A stretch of 63,488 nucleotides of DNA, filler included, from Octopus bimaculoides (lineage: Eukaryota), in the NCBI RefSeq assembly GCF_001194135.2. It is 5 parts of 5 records of this genome, joined end to end, with 100 filler letters (N's around TTAATTAATTAA, not from the genome) between each part and the next. Parts side by side here need not be neighbours in the genome. Positions count along the whole stretch, not along the records: positions 1 to 30,653 come from NC_068989.1; 4 more parts are not named here. One strand, given 5' to 3'. The notes beneath the pieces were generated by a model, which made no database searches, was not told the DNA's origin, and saw only the letters and a list, made by a program, of their open reading frames with translations. This document shows, one piece after another, positions 1-10,599 of this stretch. Within the stretch, counting starts at the first letter, position 1. Each line of letters opens with the position of its first letter. The translations under genes were made by a program, and so were the position numbers.

Positions 1-357
1 ATATATACTCAAAGAAAGTTAGGAGTTGTGAATCCAACCCACTACGGGATAATATCTATCCAATATACTGCCGGAAGCATACCCAATTATTATTACACTA
101 GTGTTTTTACCAAGTGCAATAAATGGGTGCGGGTAAAATGATCTTTTACCCTTAATTCATATAGCAATAAGAAAATGGAGGGGAATATGTGATATTCATC
201 AACTTGCAGACATTGTATTATGTCAATTTACCTGTTTATTTCTCAACTAACAGGACAATAAAAACAATATACTCACATATGTGACATATTATGTTATAGA
301 CATATGTCATATGTGTTTGTATATTGTTTTTATTGTCCTCTTAGTTAAAACATATAC

Positions 358-471
358 GATTTTTCCAGCTCGCTGAACGGAGTACGGATTTTCTCCATAA
401 TTGATCTAGGGAGGGCCTACAATCAGATCCCCGTCGAACCTGCCGATGTTCCAAAGATGGCAATCTCCACG
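358..471 (+). mobile_element. Ty3/gypsy reverse transcriptase fragment
   Basis: Manual translation DFSSSLNGVRIFSIIDLGRAYNQIPVEPADVPKMAIST matches the gypsy RT motif FSxIDLxxAYxQIPVxxxDxxKTAIxT. Confidence 0.75.
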
Positions 472-590
472 AGGCTTCAGCAGGGGAGGGTGGCGAACCC
501 TGTTGTACTCTTTCAACACAAATTTCTCTCACTCTTTCTTCCTGTTTCTGTTGTACCTGTATTTCAATGGGCCAGTATATGCACCAACAC
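465..590 (+). mobile_element. SINE-D internal fragment
   Basis: ctccacgaggc...gaaccctgttgtactctttc...gtacctgta aligns with the copies at 18703, 24265, 28948 and 60052. Confidence 0.85.
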
Positions 591-719
591 CACACCCAAA
601 TGTTAAATCTATTGACACGGGCCAACATGGTAGCGGCAGTGTGGTCGTTGGACCTTCATCATTGTTATATTCAGTTGTGTGACCTGTGCCAAAAAAGCCA
701 ACAAAACAATACGCATATA

Positions 720-1086
720 ACTAACACCACATACTCACACACACACGCTCACTCATACACGTTCTCTTACACACACACACACACACACACTCATACACGC
801 TCTCTTACACACACACACTTATATACACACAAACAACAATATAGACATATACTATCACACACACACACACACATGCACTCTAATACATTACATACAGATA
901 CAAACATCACAGATACAAACATCTACTACCAGAGAGACACTAATAATGCAAACACATACACATACACGACACACACACATGCACAAACACACACACACAC
1001 AGACCCTACACATACTAACTCCACATGCCATCACTAGACGAAACACATATACAACATACACACAGACACACAAAGATACACATACA

Positions 1087-1118
<32 letters not shown>
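720..1118. repeat. Degenerate (CA)n microsatellite running into a gap
   Basis: Directly visible; gives the His/Thr-rich pseudo-ORFs. Confidence 0.9.
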
Positions 1119-2033
1119 NNNNNNNNNNNNNNNNNNNNNNNNNNNNNNNNNNNNNNNNNNNNNNNNNNNNNNNNNNNNNNNNNNNNNNNNNNNNNNNNNN
1201 NNNNNNNNNNNNNNNNNNNNNNNNNNNNNNNNNNNNNNNNNNNNNNNNNNNNNNNNNNNNNNNNNNNNNNNNNNNNNNNNNNNNNNNNNNNNNNNNNNNN
1301 NNNNNNNNNNNNNNNNNNNNNNNNNNNNNNNNNNNNNNNNNNNNNNNNNNNNNNNNNNNNNNNNNNNNNNNNNNNNNNNNNNNNNNNNNNNNNNNNNNNN
1401 NNNNNNNNNNNNNNNNNNNNNNNNNNNNNNNNNNNNNNNNNNNNNNNNNNNNNNNNNNNNNNNNNNNNNNNNNNNNNNNNNNNNNNNNNNNNNNNNNNNN
1501 NNNNNNNNNNNNNNNNNNNNNNNNNNNNNNNNNNNNNNNNNNNNNNNNNNNNNNNNNNNNNNNNNNNNNNNNNNNNNNNNNNNNNNNNNNNNNNNNNNNN
1601 NNNNNNNNNNNNNNNNNNNNNNNNNNNNNNNNNNNNNNNNNNNNNNNNNNNNNNNNNNNNNNNNNNNNNNNNNNNNNNNNNNNNNNNNNNNNNNNNNNNN
1701 NNNNNNNNNNNNNNNNNNNNNNNNNNNNNNNNNNNNNNNNNNNNNNNNNNNNNNNNNNNNNNNNNNNNNNNNNNNNNNNNNNNNNNNNNNNNNNNNNNNN
1801 NNNNNNNNNNNNNNNNNNNNNNNNNNNNNNNNNNNNNNNNNNNNNNNNNNNNNNNNNNNNNNNNNNNNNNNNNNNNNNNNNNNNNNNNNNNNNNNNNNNN
1901 NNNNNNNNNNNNNNNNNNNNNNNNNNNNNNNNNNNNNNNNNNNNNNNNNNNNNNNNNNNNNNNNNNNNNNNNNNNNNNNNNNNNNNNNNNNNNNNNNNNN
2001 NNNNNNNNNNNNNNNNNNNNNNNNNNNNNNNNN

Positions 2034-2286
2034 NGCAAGGTTTTTATGGAAGAGCAGCAGTCGCCCATGCATACCAGTCTCCCCTCTTTACACTATCCAA
2101 GGGAAAGGCAAAGGCCGATACGGCTCGGCACCTGTGACGTCGCAGTTTATTTCTACAGCTGAGTGAACTGGAGCAACCTGAAATAAAGTGTCACGCTCAA
2201 GGAACACAACACACAGCCCAATCCGGGAATCGAACTCACTTCCACATGATTGTAAGCCCGACGATCTAACCACTGAGCCATACGCC

Positions 2287-2289
<3 letters not shown>
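2034..2289 (-). mobile_element. SINE-C (tRNA-derived head, Meta-like core)
   Basis: Minus strand has A-box tggctcagtgg and B-box gagttcgattccc, then gacactttatttcaggttgctccagttcactcagctg shared with 13267, 34647 and 36489. Confidence 0.85.
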
Positions 2290-2331
<42 letters not shown>

Positions 2332-2763
2332 TTCTACGACCAACAAAGCTCGTAGAATCATGAAGGTGCATATGCAGTTGATTTTTTAATGTTTCTAAAT
2401 GTTGTGGTTCGTGTATTTACCTGGTGAAAACATTTTTTTCTAATGATACAATGTCTCCATTAATCAATCATAAATTCGCTGGAAGCAACTGTAGTGAATT
2501 GACACATTATTCATCTATTGTTATTTATTTATAATTCACTTCTCTTGGCACATGCTCTTCACATGATCCGAAGTATATTATGGACCGTAAATTTAATACA
2601 ACGTGATATACTCAGACGGACTGAATTAATCGTATACAAAACCTTTCTGCCTCTACTTCGGTAACCGCGTATGTATTCGTCTTTGTTGTGTATGCATTTT
2701 AATTCTGACCCGACCCGGTGCCTTGCCATTTCAAAGCCTGGTTCACTTGAATCCTAATTTTTG

Positions 2764-2809
<46 letters not shown>

Positions 2810-2824
<15 letters not shown>

Positions 2825-3035
2825 CTTTGTGTCTGGTTTTGCGGCCCTCTCCACAGTTTGACAACCGGTGTTGGTGTGTTTACATCTCCTTAGACTTGCG
2901 GTTCGGCAAAAAGACTGATAGAATAAGTACCAAGCTTTTAAAAAAATAAGTACTGGAGCCGATACATTCGACTAAAAACTCTTTCAAGCAAAGCCCAGCG
3001 TGGCTGCAGTCTAATGATTGAAACAAAAGATAAAA
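2810..3035 (+). mobile_element. SINE-A 3' half
   Basis: (GT)n, then gacaaccgg..gcggttcggcaaaa..gatagaataagtac..cagcgtggctgcagtc..gattgaaacaa, as in other SINE-A copies. Confidence 0.85.
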
Positions 3036-3211
3036 AGATATATAAATGTAAATATATACATACACACATATCTATCTCTCTAGCTAGCTAGATAGCTAGA
3101 TAGCTAGCTAGCTAGATAGCTAGATAGCTAGCTAGAGAGCTAGATAGATATTCTTTTTTTCTTTTATCTGTTTCAATCATTTGACTGTGGCCATGCTGGA
3201 GCAGCGCCTTT

Positions 3212-3843
3212 GGATCTTTTTTAAAACGGGGGCCACATTTTTCATTAACGAAACACTTTGAAACTTGGAACACTGGTAGAATGTGTCATATAAAACATCT
3301 TTTTCTCTTAGTCTTCTTAAAAAAAAAAGAAATCCATAAATTATTCCATGTTAAAGTTGTCGTATTTCTGTAATTTCAACCAATCACTGACGTCCATTCA
3401 GCCGATATACATTAAGTGCCGACTACATAAACAAACGATTCTGAAACAATTAACCCTAACCCTAACCCTAACTCTAACCCTAANNNNNNNNNNNNNNNNN
3501 NNNNNNNNNNNNNNNNNNNNNTTAGGGTTAGAGTTAGGGTTAGGGTTAGGGTTAGGCTTAGGGTTAGGGTTAAAGCAAATTTAAAATGAAAAAAGCAAAT
3601 AAAACGAAGAATCGTTTGTTTATGTAGTCGGCACTTAATGTATATCGGCTGAATGGACGTCAGTGATTGGTTGAAATTATCGAAATAAGACAATTTTTTA
3701 CATGAAATAAATTCGAATACAAAAATATTTTTCTGTTCTATAACACAAAATAGATAAGTATACGAAGTTTGAAAGTCTTTCGGTACCAAAAACACTACGT
3801 AAAACATTAATGAAAAATGTGGCCCCCGTTTTAAAAAAGATCC
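3212..3843. mobile_element. Merlin-like non-autonomous DNA transposon, copy 1, telomeric-repeat-bearing
   Basis: Perfect 37-bp TIRs starting GGATC (3212-3248 / 3807-3843). Exact 8-bp TSD GCGCCTTT (3204-3211 / 3844-3851). Perfect 71-bp inner inverted repeat (3372-3442 / 3608-3678). Superfamily inferred from GG termini plus 8-bp TSD. Confidence 0.88.
3451..3572. repeat. Interstitial telomeric-type arrays (CCCTAA)n - 38 N - (TTAGGG)n
   Basis: Directly visible at the centre of the MITE. Confidence 0.95.
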
Positions 3844-4819
3844 GCGCCTTTAGTCGAACAAATCGACCCCAGGACTTATTCTTTGTAAGCCCAGTACTTA
3901 TTCTATCGGTTTCTTTAGCAGAACCGCTAGGTTACGGGGACGTAAACACACCAATGTCGGTTGTCAAGCGATGGTAGAGGGACAAACACAGACACATAAA
4001 CACACACACACACACAGACACACACACAAACACAGACACACACACACACACACACACACACAGATACAGACACACATATACGACGGACTTCTTTGAGTCT
4101 CCGTCTACCAGATCCAGTCACAGGACTTTGGTTGGCCCGAGGCTATAGTAGAAATACACNNNNNNNNNNNNNNNNNNNNNNNNNNNNNNNNNNNNNNNNN
4201 NNNNNNNNNNNNNNNNNNNNNNNNNNNNNNNNNNNNNNNNNNNNNNNNNNNNNNNNNNNNNNNNNNNNNNNNNNNNNNNNNNNNNNNNNNNNNNNNNNNN
4301 NNNNNNNNNNNNNNNNNNNNNNNNNNNNNNNNNNNNNNNNNNNNNNNNNNNNNNNNNNNNNNNNNNNNNNNNNNNNNNNNNNNNNNNNNNNNNNNNNNNN
4401 NNNNNNNNNNNNNNNNNNNNNNNNNNNNNNNNNNNNNNNNNNNNNNNNNNNNNNNNNNNNNNNNNNNNNNNNNNNNNNNNNNNNNNNNNNNNNNNNNNNN
4501 NNNNNNNNNNNNNNNNNNNNNNNNNNNNNNNNNNNNNNNNNNNNNNNNNNNNNNNNNNNNNNNNNNNNNNNNNNNNNNNNNNNNNNNNNNNNNNNNNNNN
4601 NNNNNNNNNNNNNNNNNNNNNNNNNNNNNNNNNNNNNNNNNNNNNNNNNNNNNNNNNNNNNNNNNNNNNNNNNNNNNNNNNNNNNNNNNNNNNNNNNNNN
4701 NNNNNNNNNNNNNNNNNNNNNNNNNNNNNNNNNNNNNNNNNNNNNNNNNNNNNNNNNNNNNNNNNNNNNNNNNNNNNNNNNNNNNNNNNNNNNNNNNNNN
4801 NNNNNNNNNNNNNNNNNNN

Positions 4820-5130
4820 GTGGGAGCATTTCATTTTCTCTGCCAGTTCTCTTGTCGTTTGACGCGAATTTTCGTGCGAAAGTTGCTTTAATCGCTCTTC
4901 ATCGAACTCAACTGGACGGCCAGAACGAGGTGCGTCTTTGAGGTCAAAATTTCCATTTTTGAACTTGGCCTACCAATAACGAGCGGTTCTTTCAGCTATG
5001 GCACCCTCTCCAAACACAGCACAAATGTCGCGAGCAGCTTTTGCGGCCTTAGAAACTTGATTAAAAGCAAAAAGAAGGAGGTGTCGAAAATGCTCGTTAT
5101 TTTTTTTTTTATAACTTGACATTCCAATTT
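4820..5130 (-). mobile_element. mariner transposase N-terminal (HTH) fragment, pseudogenised
   Basis: EHFRHLLLFAFNQVSKAAKAARDICAVFGEGAIAERTARYW*AKFKNGNFDLKDAPRSGRPVEFDEERL; internal stop; cut by a gap. Confidence 0.9.
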
Positions 5131-5140
5131 AAAAGAAACC

Positions 5141-5181
5141 CAACTGATGAGTGGGATCGAACCAGAACTCGCGTGATTTTG
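5141..5181 (+). ncRNA. Degenerate hammerhead-like motif
   Basis: CTGATGA-G TGG gatcgaa CCA-GAAC-TCGC-GT; GAAA box and stem I are damaged. Confidence 0.3.
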
Positions 5182-6345
5182 AAGGAAACATTTAATTACA
5201 CTGTGGAAGTATATTCCATCTACTCCTGAATCTAACTATTTAACCAAGCTAACAGTAGACTATTTCGCTTTCTCTGTACATACAAGCATATGTATGTGTG
5301 TGTGTTGATACCTCGGACAGACAATGATGTTGGATGGTATTGACGTACATGAAGCAAGAAAAGAAACCATTAAAAATGCTTGCTTCGTGTCAGATTGTCA
5401 TCTGACATACGTAAAGTAACTTGGAAGTTGTTTTCCGCTGGTAATCTCATTTAATAGATTTCTCATTAGAAAATAGCAAAATCTTCTTCCATCTCACCCT
5501 TTATTTACAATTTAGCGTTTTCCGAATTCGTTCGTTTTTTCTTTATTCGACTTTTTCATGAATGCTTTTTGTTCTTTTCTTCTGAAATTCTCTTTTATTC
5601 TGACACATAGCTAGCACTGACTTCTGCATGTATATAAAACAAAAAACATATTCGTAAGATATTTTTTAATGTTATAATGATAAAAAAAAAAAGAAAAGAA
5701 GAGATGACTTTTGATTAATTGGTATTTTGCGCTTGGGGAAAAAGAAACTCATTAATGTAATTGACACTTTTTGTCAAAAAGCGGAGAAAGTGAGAACCCA
5801 GAAATTTGAATTAAATGAGATACTGGCATTTTGTCCGACGTACTAATGATTCTGCCAGTTCACTGTCTTGCATGTATACATACATACATACATACATACA
5901 TACATACATANNNNNNNNNNNNNNNNNNNNNNNNNNNNNNNNNNNNNNNNNNNNNNNNNNNNNNNNNNNNNNNNNNNNNNNNNNNNNNNNNNNNNNNNNN
6001 NNNNNNNNNNNNNNNNNNNNNNNNNNNNNNNNNNNNNNNNNNNNNNNNNNNNNNNNNNNNNNNNNNNNNNNNNNNNNNNNNNNNNNNNNNNNNNNNNNNN
6101 NNNNNNNNNNNNNNNNNNNNNNNNNNNNNNNNNNNNNNNNNNNNNNNNNNNNNNNNNNNNNNNNNNNNNNNNNNNNNNNNNNNNNNNNNNNNNNNNNNNN
6201 NNNNNNNNNNNNNNNNNNNNNNNNNNNNNNNNNNNNNNNNNNNNNNNNNNNNNNNNNNNNNNNNNNNNNNNNNNNNNNNNNNNNNNNNNNNNNNNNNNNN
6301 NNNNNNNNNNNNNNNNNNNNNNNNNNNNNNNNNNNNNNNNNNNNN

Positions 6346-6885
6346 TGTGTGTGTGTGTGTGTATGTGTACGTATGTGTGTATGTATGTATGTATGTATGT
6401 ATGTATGTATGTATGTATGTATGTATACATGCATATATGTATGTATGTGCAGATTTGTATGTTTTATGTATGCATTCTCATGCATATAGTTACATATTTA
6501 GACATGCTCTTATATATTTAAAAGATAAACTTCCGGAAAGTTTTACAGATTTTTACAGTTTCAGTAACGGATTGGATCTGTAGTCTTTGAATTAACTTTC
6601 TCCTTTCTGGTTTTGAGAAGCCTAATTTATCAAGATTGGTATTTAGGCAGTGTGTTACATATCCCAGGGCCCCAATAATTACAGATATAAACCTGAACTT
6701 GTAATCTGGATAGAGTAACTACAGATTTCTCATTAGTTCAGCATAGGTATTCTCTTTTTCACTGATCTTCAGCTTTTCGTTAACATCCGCTGGGCAGCTA
6801 ATTTCCTCAGCTATGCACAGTTTCTCTTCTCTATCCCAAATAATTATATCAGGTTTGTAGTGCTTACATTTTATTTGTCGGTCTT
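6346..6885 (-). mobile_element. R4/Dong-clade retrotransposon 3' end with (TACA)n tail, copy 1
   Basis: KPDIIIWDREEKLCIAEEISCPADVNEKLKISEKENTYAELMRNL (RLE domain). The 3'UTR aligns with 58215-59470 and ends aatctgca|catacatac. Confidence 0.9.
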
Positions 6886-6984
6886 TCTCTCTCTTTCTCC
6901 TTCTTTTTTTCCTCCCAGGTACATACACGCTTTTCATCATTCAAGTATATTACTATACATAACATATTCCAGAGTCTACTTTGT

Positions 6985-7420
6985 CCCTATTACTGCTTTC
7001 AATCGTGAGACTGCGGCCATGCTCTCGCACCACCTTGTTCAATTTTTAGTCGCATGGATCGACTCCAGTACTTTTTGCTGTGAAGTCTGGTACTTATTTG
7101 TAACTGAACCAATAAGTTACGGGTACGTAAGCATACCAATAGCGGTTGTCAAGCGGTGGTGGGGAACAAAGACACACACATTCAGAGAGACAGAGACACA
7201 CACACACGCACACACACACGCACACACACACATACAGACATTCACATACACACAAACATATACACACACACACATAAATATATACATATACGACAGACGT
7301 CTTTCAGTTTCCGTCTACCAAATCCACTCAAAAGGCTTTGGTCGGCCCCAGGCTATAATAGAAGAGACATGCCCAAAGTGCCACGCAGAGGGACTGAATC
7401 CAGAACTTCCTCACCACTCA
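6985..7420 (-). mobile_element. SINE-A, near full length
   Basis: Same head, CORE-like block, internal (CA)n and tail as other copies. Confidence 0.85.
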
Positions 7421-7781
7421 GTAATTCTATTCATATTTAATCAATTTAAATCTCAAAGTTCCTTCTCTTGTTTTTCTTGATAAGAATTATCGTTAGTGCT
7501 AATGATATTTTTTATCAATACTAATTTGATACCAACTGATAAAAATTACCCTTTGGCTCCCTGAGAAAATTATATCAGCCTGCACTTAACGATATCTCTT
7601 GCATACTGAACAACACTTGACTGTTACTTATGACAATGACCGACTGACCAAGATGTTTTGTTGTTGTGACTTTCATCCGTTTCTCTTAAACCTCGGCACA
7701 TCTGTGAAATGGAATACTCACATCCAAGGCTCTTTCTCCTATTTTTTCTCTTCATGTTTTCATTTTATCCTATTCTCTCTC

Positions 7782-7845
<64 letters not shown>

Positions 7846-8294
7846 TTTTCACTGAACTGCTCTCACTAATACCAGTATAACAATTACCGTTACCACACCA
7901 GCCATTCATTGAACTGTTTCCACAAACACTCGCATCATATCACGGCCATTAGAATCACCAGCTACACCATAACAAGCCTCTTGTCTCAATACGACCACAA
8001 CAACACCTATCACCACTACCGCTACATTTATCCCCTACGCGCACGACACATAACATAATTTGTAACCACTTTTTCTACTGCTCGAGCATACACCTGACTA
8101 ACCACAACCATTAACCAAATTATAACTACCGTCCAACCATGACTGCCACCCATCCACAAGTATAAATGGAACCTCTGTTTGATTACTTGACCCGCTGGGA
8201 AAAGCAATCTCAACTAAAATCTACTTAAATCTGCCATATTCTACTCAAAAGGTGTTCGACATCCCGTGACCATGGAAGACAATTGCTCAGTGGG

Positions 8295-8600
8295 ATTAAG
8301 CCTCGAGCTACAATGTTTCGTTGTGAACTTGCAGTTATTAATGACCTCTATTCGAACTCAGCATGTGGGCCAGATAGTTTCCTCACCATACGATTAAAAT
8401 AGTGCAAAAACAGCATCATCAAACCAGTAAAGATGCTCTTTCAAAAGTCACTAGAGACCGGCATATTCCTAGAGATACTGAAAGACGCAACAGTAGCAGC
8501 TATTCACAAGGGACGAAGCTAAAAATTACAGGCTTGGTTCTCTCATATCTTACACATCTAAAATTGTCAAACGCATTGTCCGAAAAACAATAACACTGTG
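8295..8600 (+). mobile_element. CR1/L2-like LINE fragment (region just N-terminal to RT)
   Basis: SACGPDSFLTIRLK*CKNSIIKPVKMLFQKSLETGIFLEILKDATVAAIHKG...KNYR...LISYTSKIV resembles the GPD...LF..SL..G..P..WK.A.V.PIHK....NYRP.SL motif. Confidence 0.75.
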
Positions 8601-8631
8601 TAACAAAATTTTTATTTATTTATTTATTTTA

Positions 8632-8699
<68 letters not shown>

Positions 8700-10087
8700 G
8701 TTCAGTAGTTTTATTTTTATAACGTGCTTTCACTTCACTACCGAGCGCAGCTCTGTGCGCCTTGGGTATGTGCTGTGGTGCTCTTATGTTTACTGTATTG
8801 AAAGTGTTTTGCGTAGAATGTGTGCAGTACCCAGTAGTGCAATTTTCTGTATGTTATATATATTTGTAAGTCCTGGTGTTTTTGTTATGTATTTGTCTGA
8901 ATATTTTTTTATTATACCTNNNNNNNNNNNNNNNNNNNNNNNNNNNNNNNNNNNNNNNNNNNNNNNNNNNNNNNNNNNNNNNNNNNNNNNNNNNNNNNNN
9001 NNNNNNNNNNNNNNNNNNNNNNNNNNNNNNNNNNNNNNNNNNNNNNNNNNNNNNNNNNNNNNNNNNNNNNNNNNNNNNNNNNNNNNNNNNNNNNNNNNNN
9101 NNNNNNNNNNNNNNNNNNNNNNNNNNNNNNNNNNNNNNNNNNNNNNNNNNNNNNNNNNNNNNNNNNNNNNNNNNNNNNNNNNNNNNNNNNNNNNNNNNNN
9201 NNNNNNNNNNNNNNNNNNNNNNNNNNNNNNNNNNNNNNNNNNNNNNNNNNNNNNNNNNNNNNNNNNNNNNNNNNNNNNNNNNNNNNNNNNNNNNNNNNNN
9301 NNNNNNNNNNNNNNNNNNNNNNNNNNNNNNNNNNNNNNNNNNNNNNNNNNNNNNNNNNNNNNNNNNNNNNNNNNNNNNNNNNNNNNNNNNNNNNNNNNNN
9401 NNNNNNNNNNNNNNNNNNNNNNNNNNNNNNNNNNNNNNNNNNNNNNNNNNNNNNNNNNNNNNNNNNNNNNNNNNNNNNNNNNNNNNNNNNNNNNNNNNNN
9501 NNNNNNNNNNNNNNNNNNNNNNNNNNNNNNNNNNNNNNNNNNNNNNNNNNNNNNNNNNNNNNNNNNNNNNNNNNNNNNNNNNNNNNNNNNNNNNNNNNNN
9601 NNNNNNNNNNNNNNNNNNNNNNNNNNNNNNNNNNNNNNNNNNNNNNNNNNNNNNNNNNNNNNNNNNNNNNNNNNNNNNNNNNNNNNNNNNNNNNNNNNNN
9701 NNNNNNNNNNNNNNNNNNNNNNNNNNNNNNNNNNNNNNNNNNNNNNNNNNNNNNNNNNNNNNNNNNNNNNNNNNNNNNNNNNNNNNNNNNNNNNNNNNNN
9801 NNNNNNNNNNNNNNNNNNNNNNNNNNNNNNNNNNNNNNNNNNNNNNNNNNNNNNNNNNNNNNNNNNNNNNNNNNNNNNNNNNNNNNNNNNNNNNNNNNNN
9901 NNNNNNNNNNNNNNNNNNNTATGTCAGATTTTGGGTGGTGCATCCTATATCCTGTCATTATTTTTCTTGTTTTCCTGTCTATTTTACATAGTTCGTTCAG
10001 TGTCCAGTTAAGGATGTTGTAGCTGTAGCTTATAACTGGGACAGCTAAAGTGTTGATACCCATTATCTTGTTTTTAGCATTGAGCTC
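8700..10087 (-). mobile_element. R4/Dong retrotransposon, 5'-truncated, embedded in (TAA)n (family TAA-A)
   Basis: 5' part TELNAKNKIMGINTLAVPVISYSYNILNWTLNELCKIDRKTRKIMTGYRMHHPKSD; 3' part IQKIALLGTAHILRKTLSIQ*. (ATT)n arrays flank both ends (8634-8699, 10088-10149); internal gap. Confidence 0.88.
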
Positions 10088-10148
<61 letters not shown>

Positions 10149-10599
10149 TTGTCTTTAATCAGTTGGTGTTATTTCCTAGTTACTTCTATCTAGAAATCAA
10201 AGGAAATGACTTCTATCCACTTTAAACTTTGCTTTTGTGACCTGGACATTAATGTTTTGAAATATGCTTTTGGTGTAAGACGTGTGCTTGGTGTTGCACG
10301 AATTTTGCGTTTTGCCCCAAGTAAATGGGTGAAGTTGCAGTCATTGCTCATACATAGTCTCTCGCGTTGAGAATAGCGGCATATTTTTGGGTTTCGTGTG
10401 TTCATAGATTCCACTTTATTTTCAGTTGGCAGATTTATCATGATGCTGTGAAGTATACATTAAGACTGAGTTGGACAGTGGATGGAAGAAAGGAGTGATT
10501 CTTCATTGATTGGAGTAGAAGTTGTAGTAGTGGCAATGGTTGTAGCAGTAGAACAGGATAACGATGGTGATGGTGGATTTTGAGTGTTACTCTAAAAGA

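Larger units (their letters stand above)
3155..4159 (-). mobile_element. SINE-A copy interrupted by a Merlin-like MITE
   Basis: Both sides of the 3212-3843 insert rejoin to the SINE-A consensus seen at 14935, 35597 and 50235; internal (CA)n; runs into a gap. Confidence 0.9.

Noticed and set aside
567-720. Possible gypsy integrase zinc-binding remnant (..HH....W...CDLCQKS)
   Set aside because: The match is limited to a CxxC-QKS tail with poor spacing; too weak without a search.
888-2166. Long ORFs spanning N runs and (CA)n/(TA)n tracts, here and throughout the ORF track
   Set aside because: They are open only because Ns and dinucleotide repeats contain no stops; translations are X-runs or HT/CV/YI repeats.
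2200-2289. tRNA-like A/B-box sequences (also 15290-15356, 34850-34941, 60330-60395)
   Set aside because: They are SINE heads: no complete cloverleaf, and each continues into a multicopy SINE body.
3451-3572. Chromosome end or telomere-fusion scar
   Set aside because: The arrays are short, lie inside TIRs with a TSD, and have the reverse polarity to a fusion.
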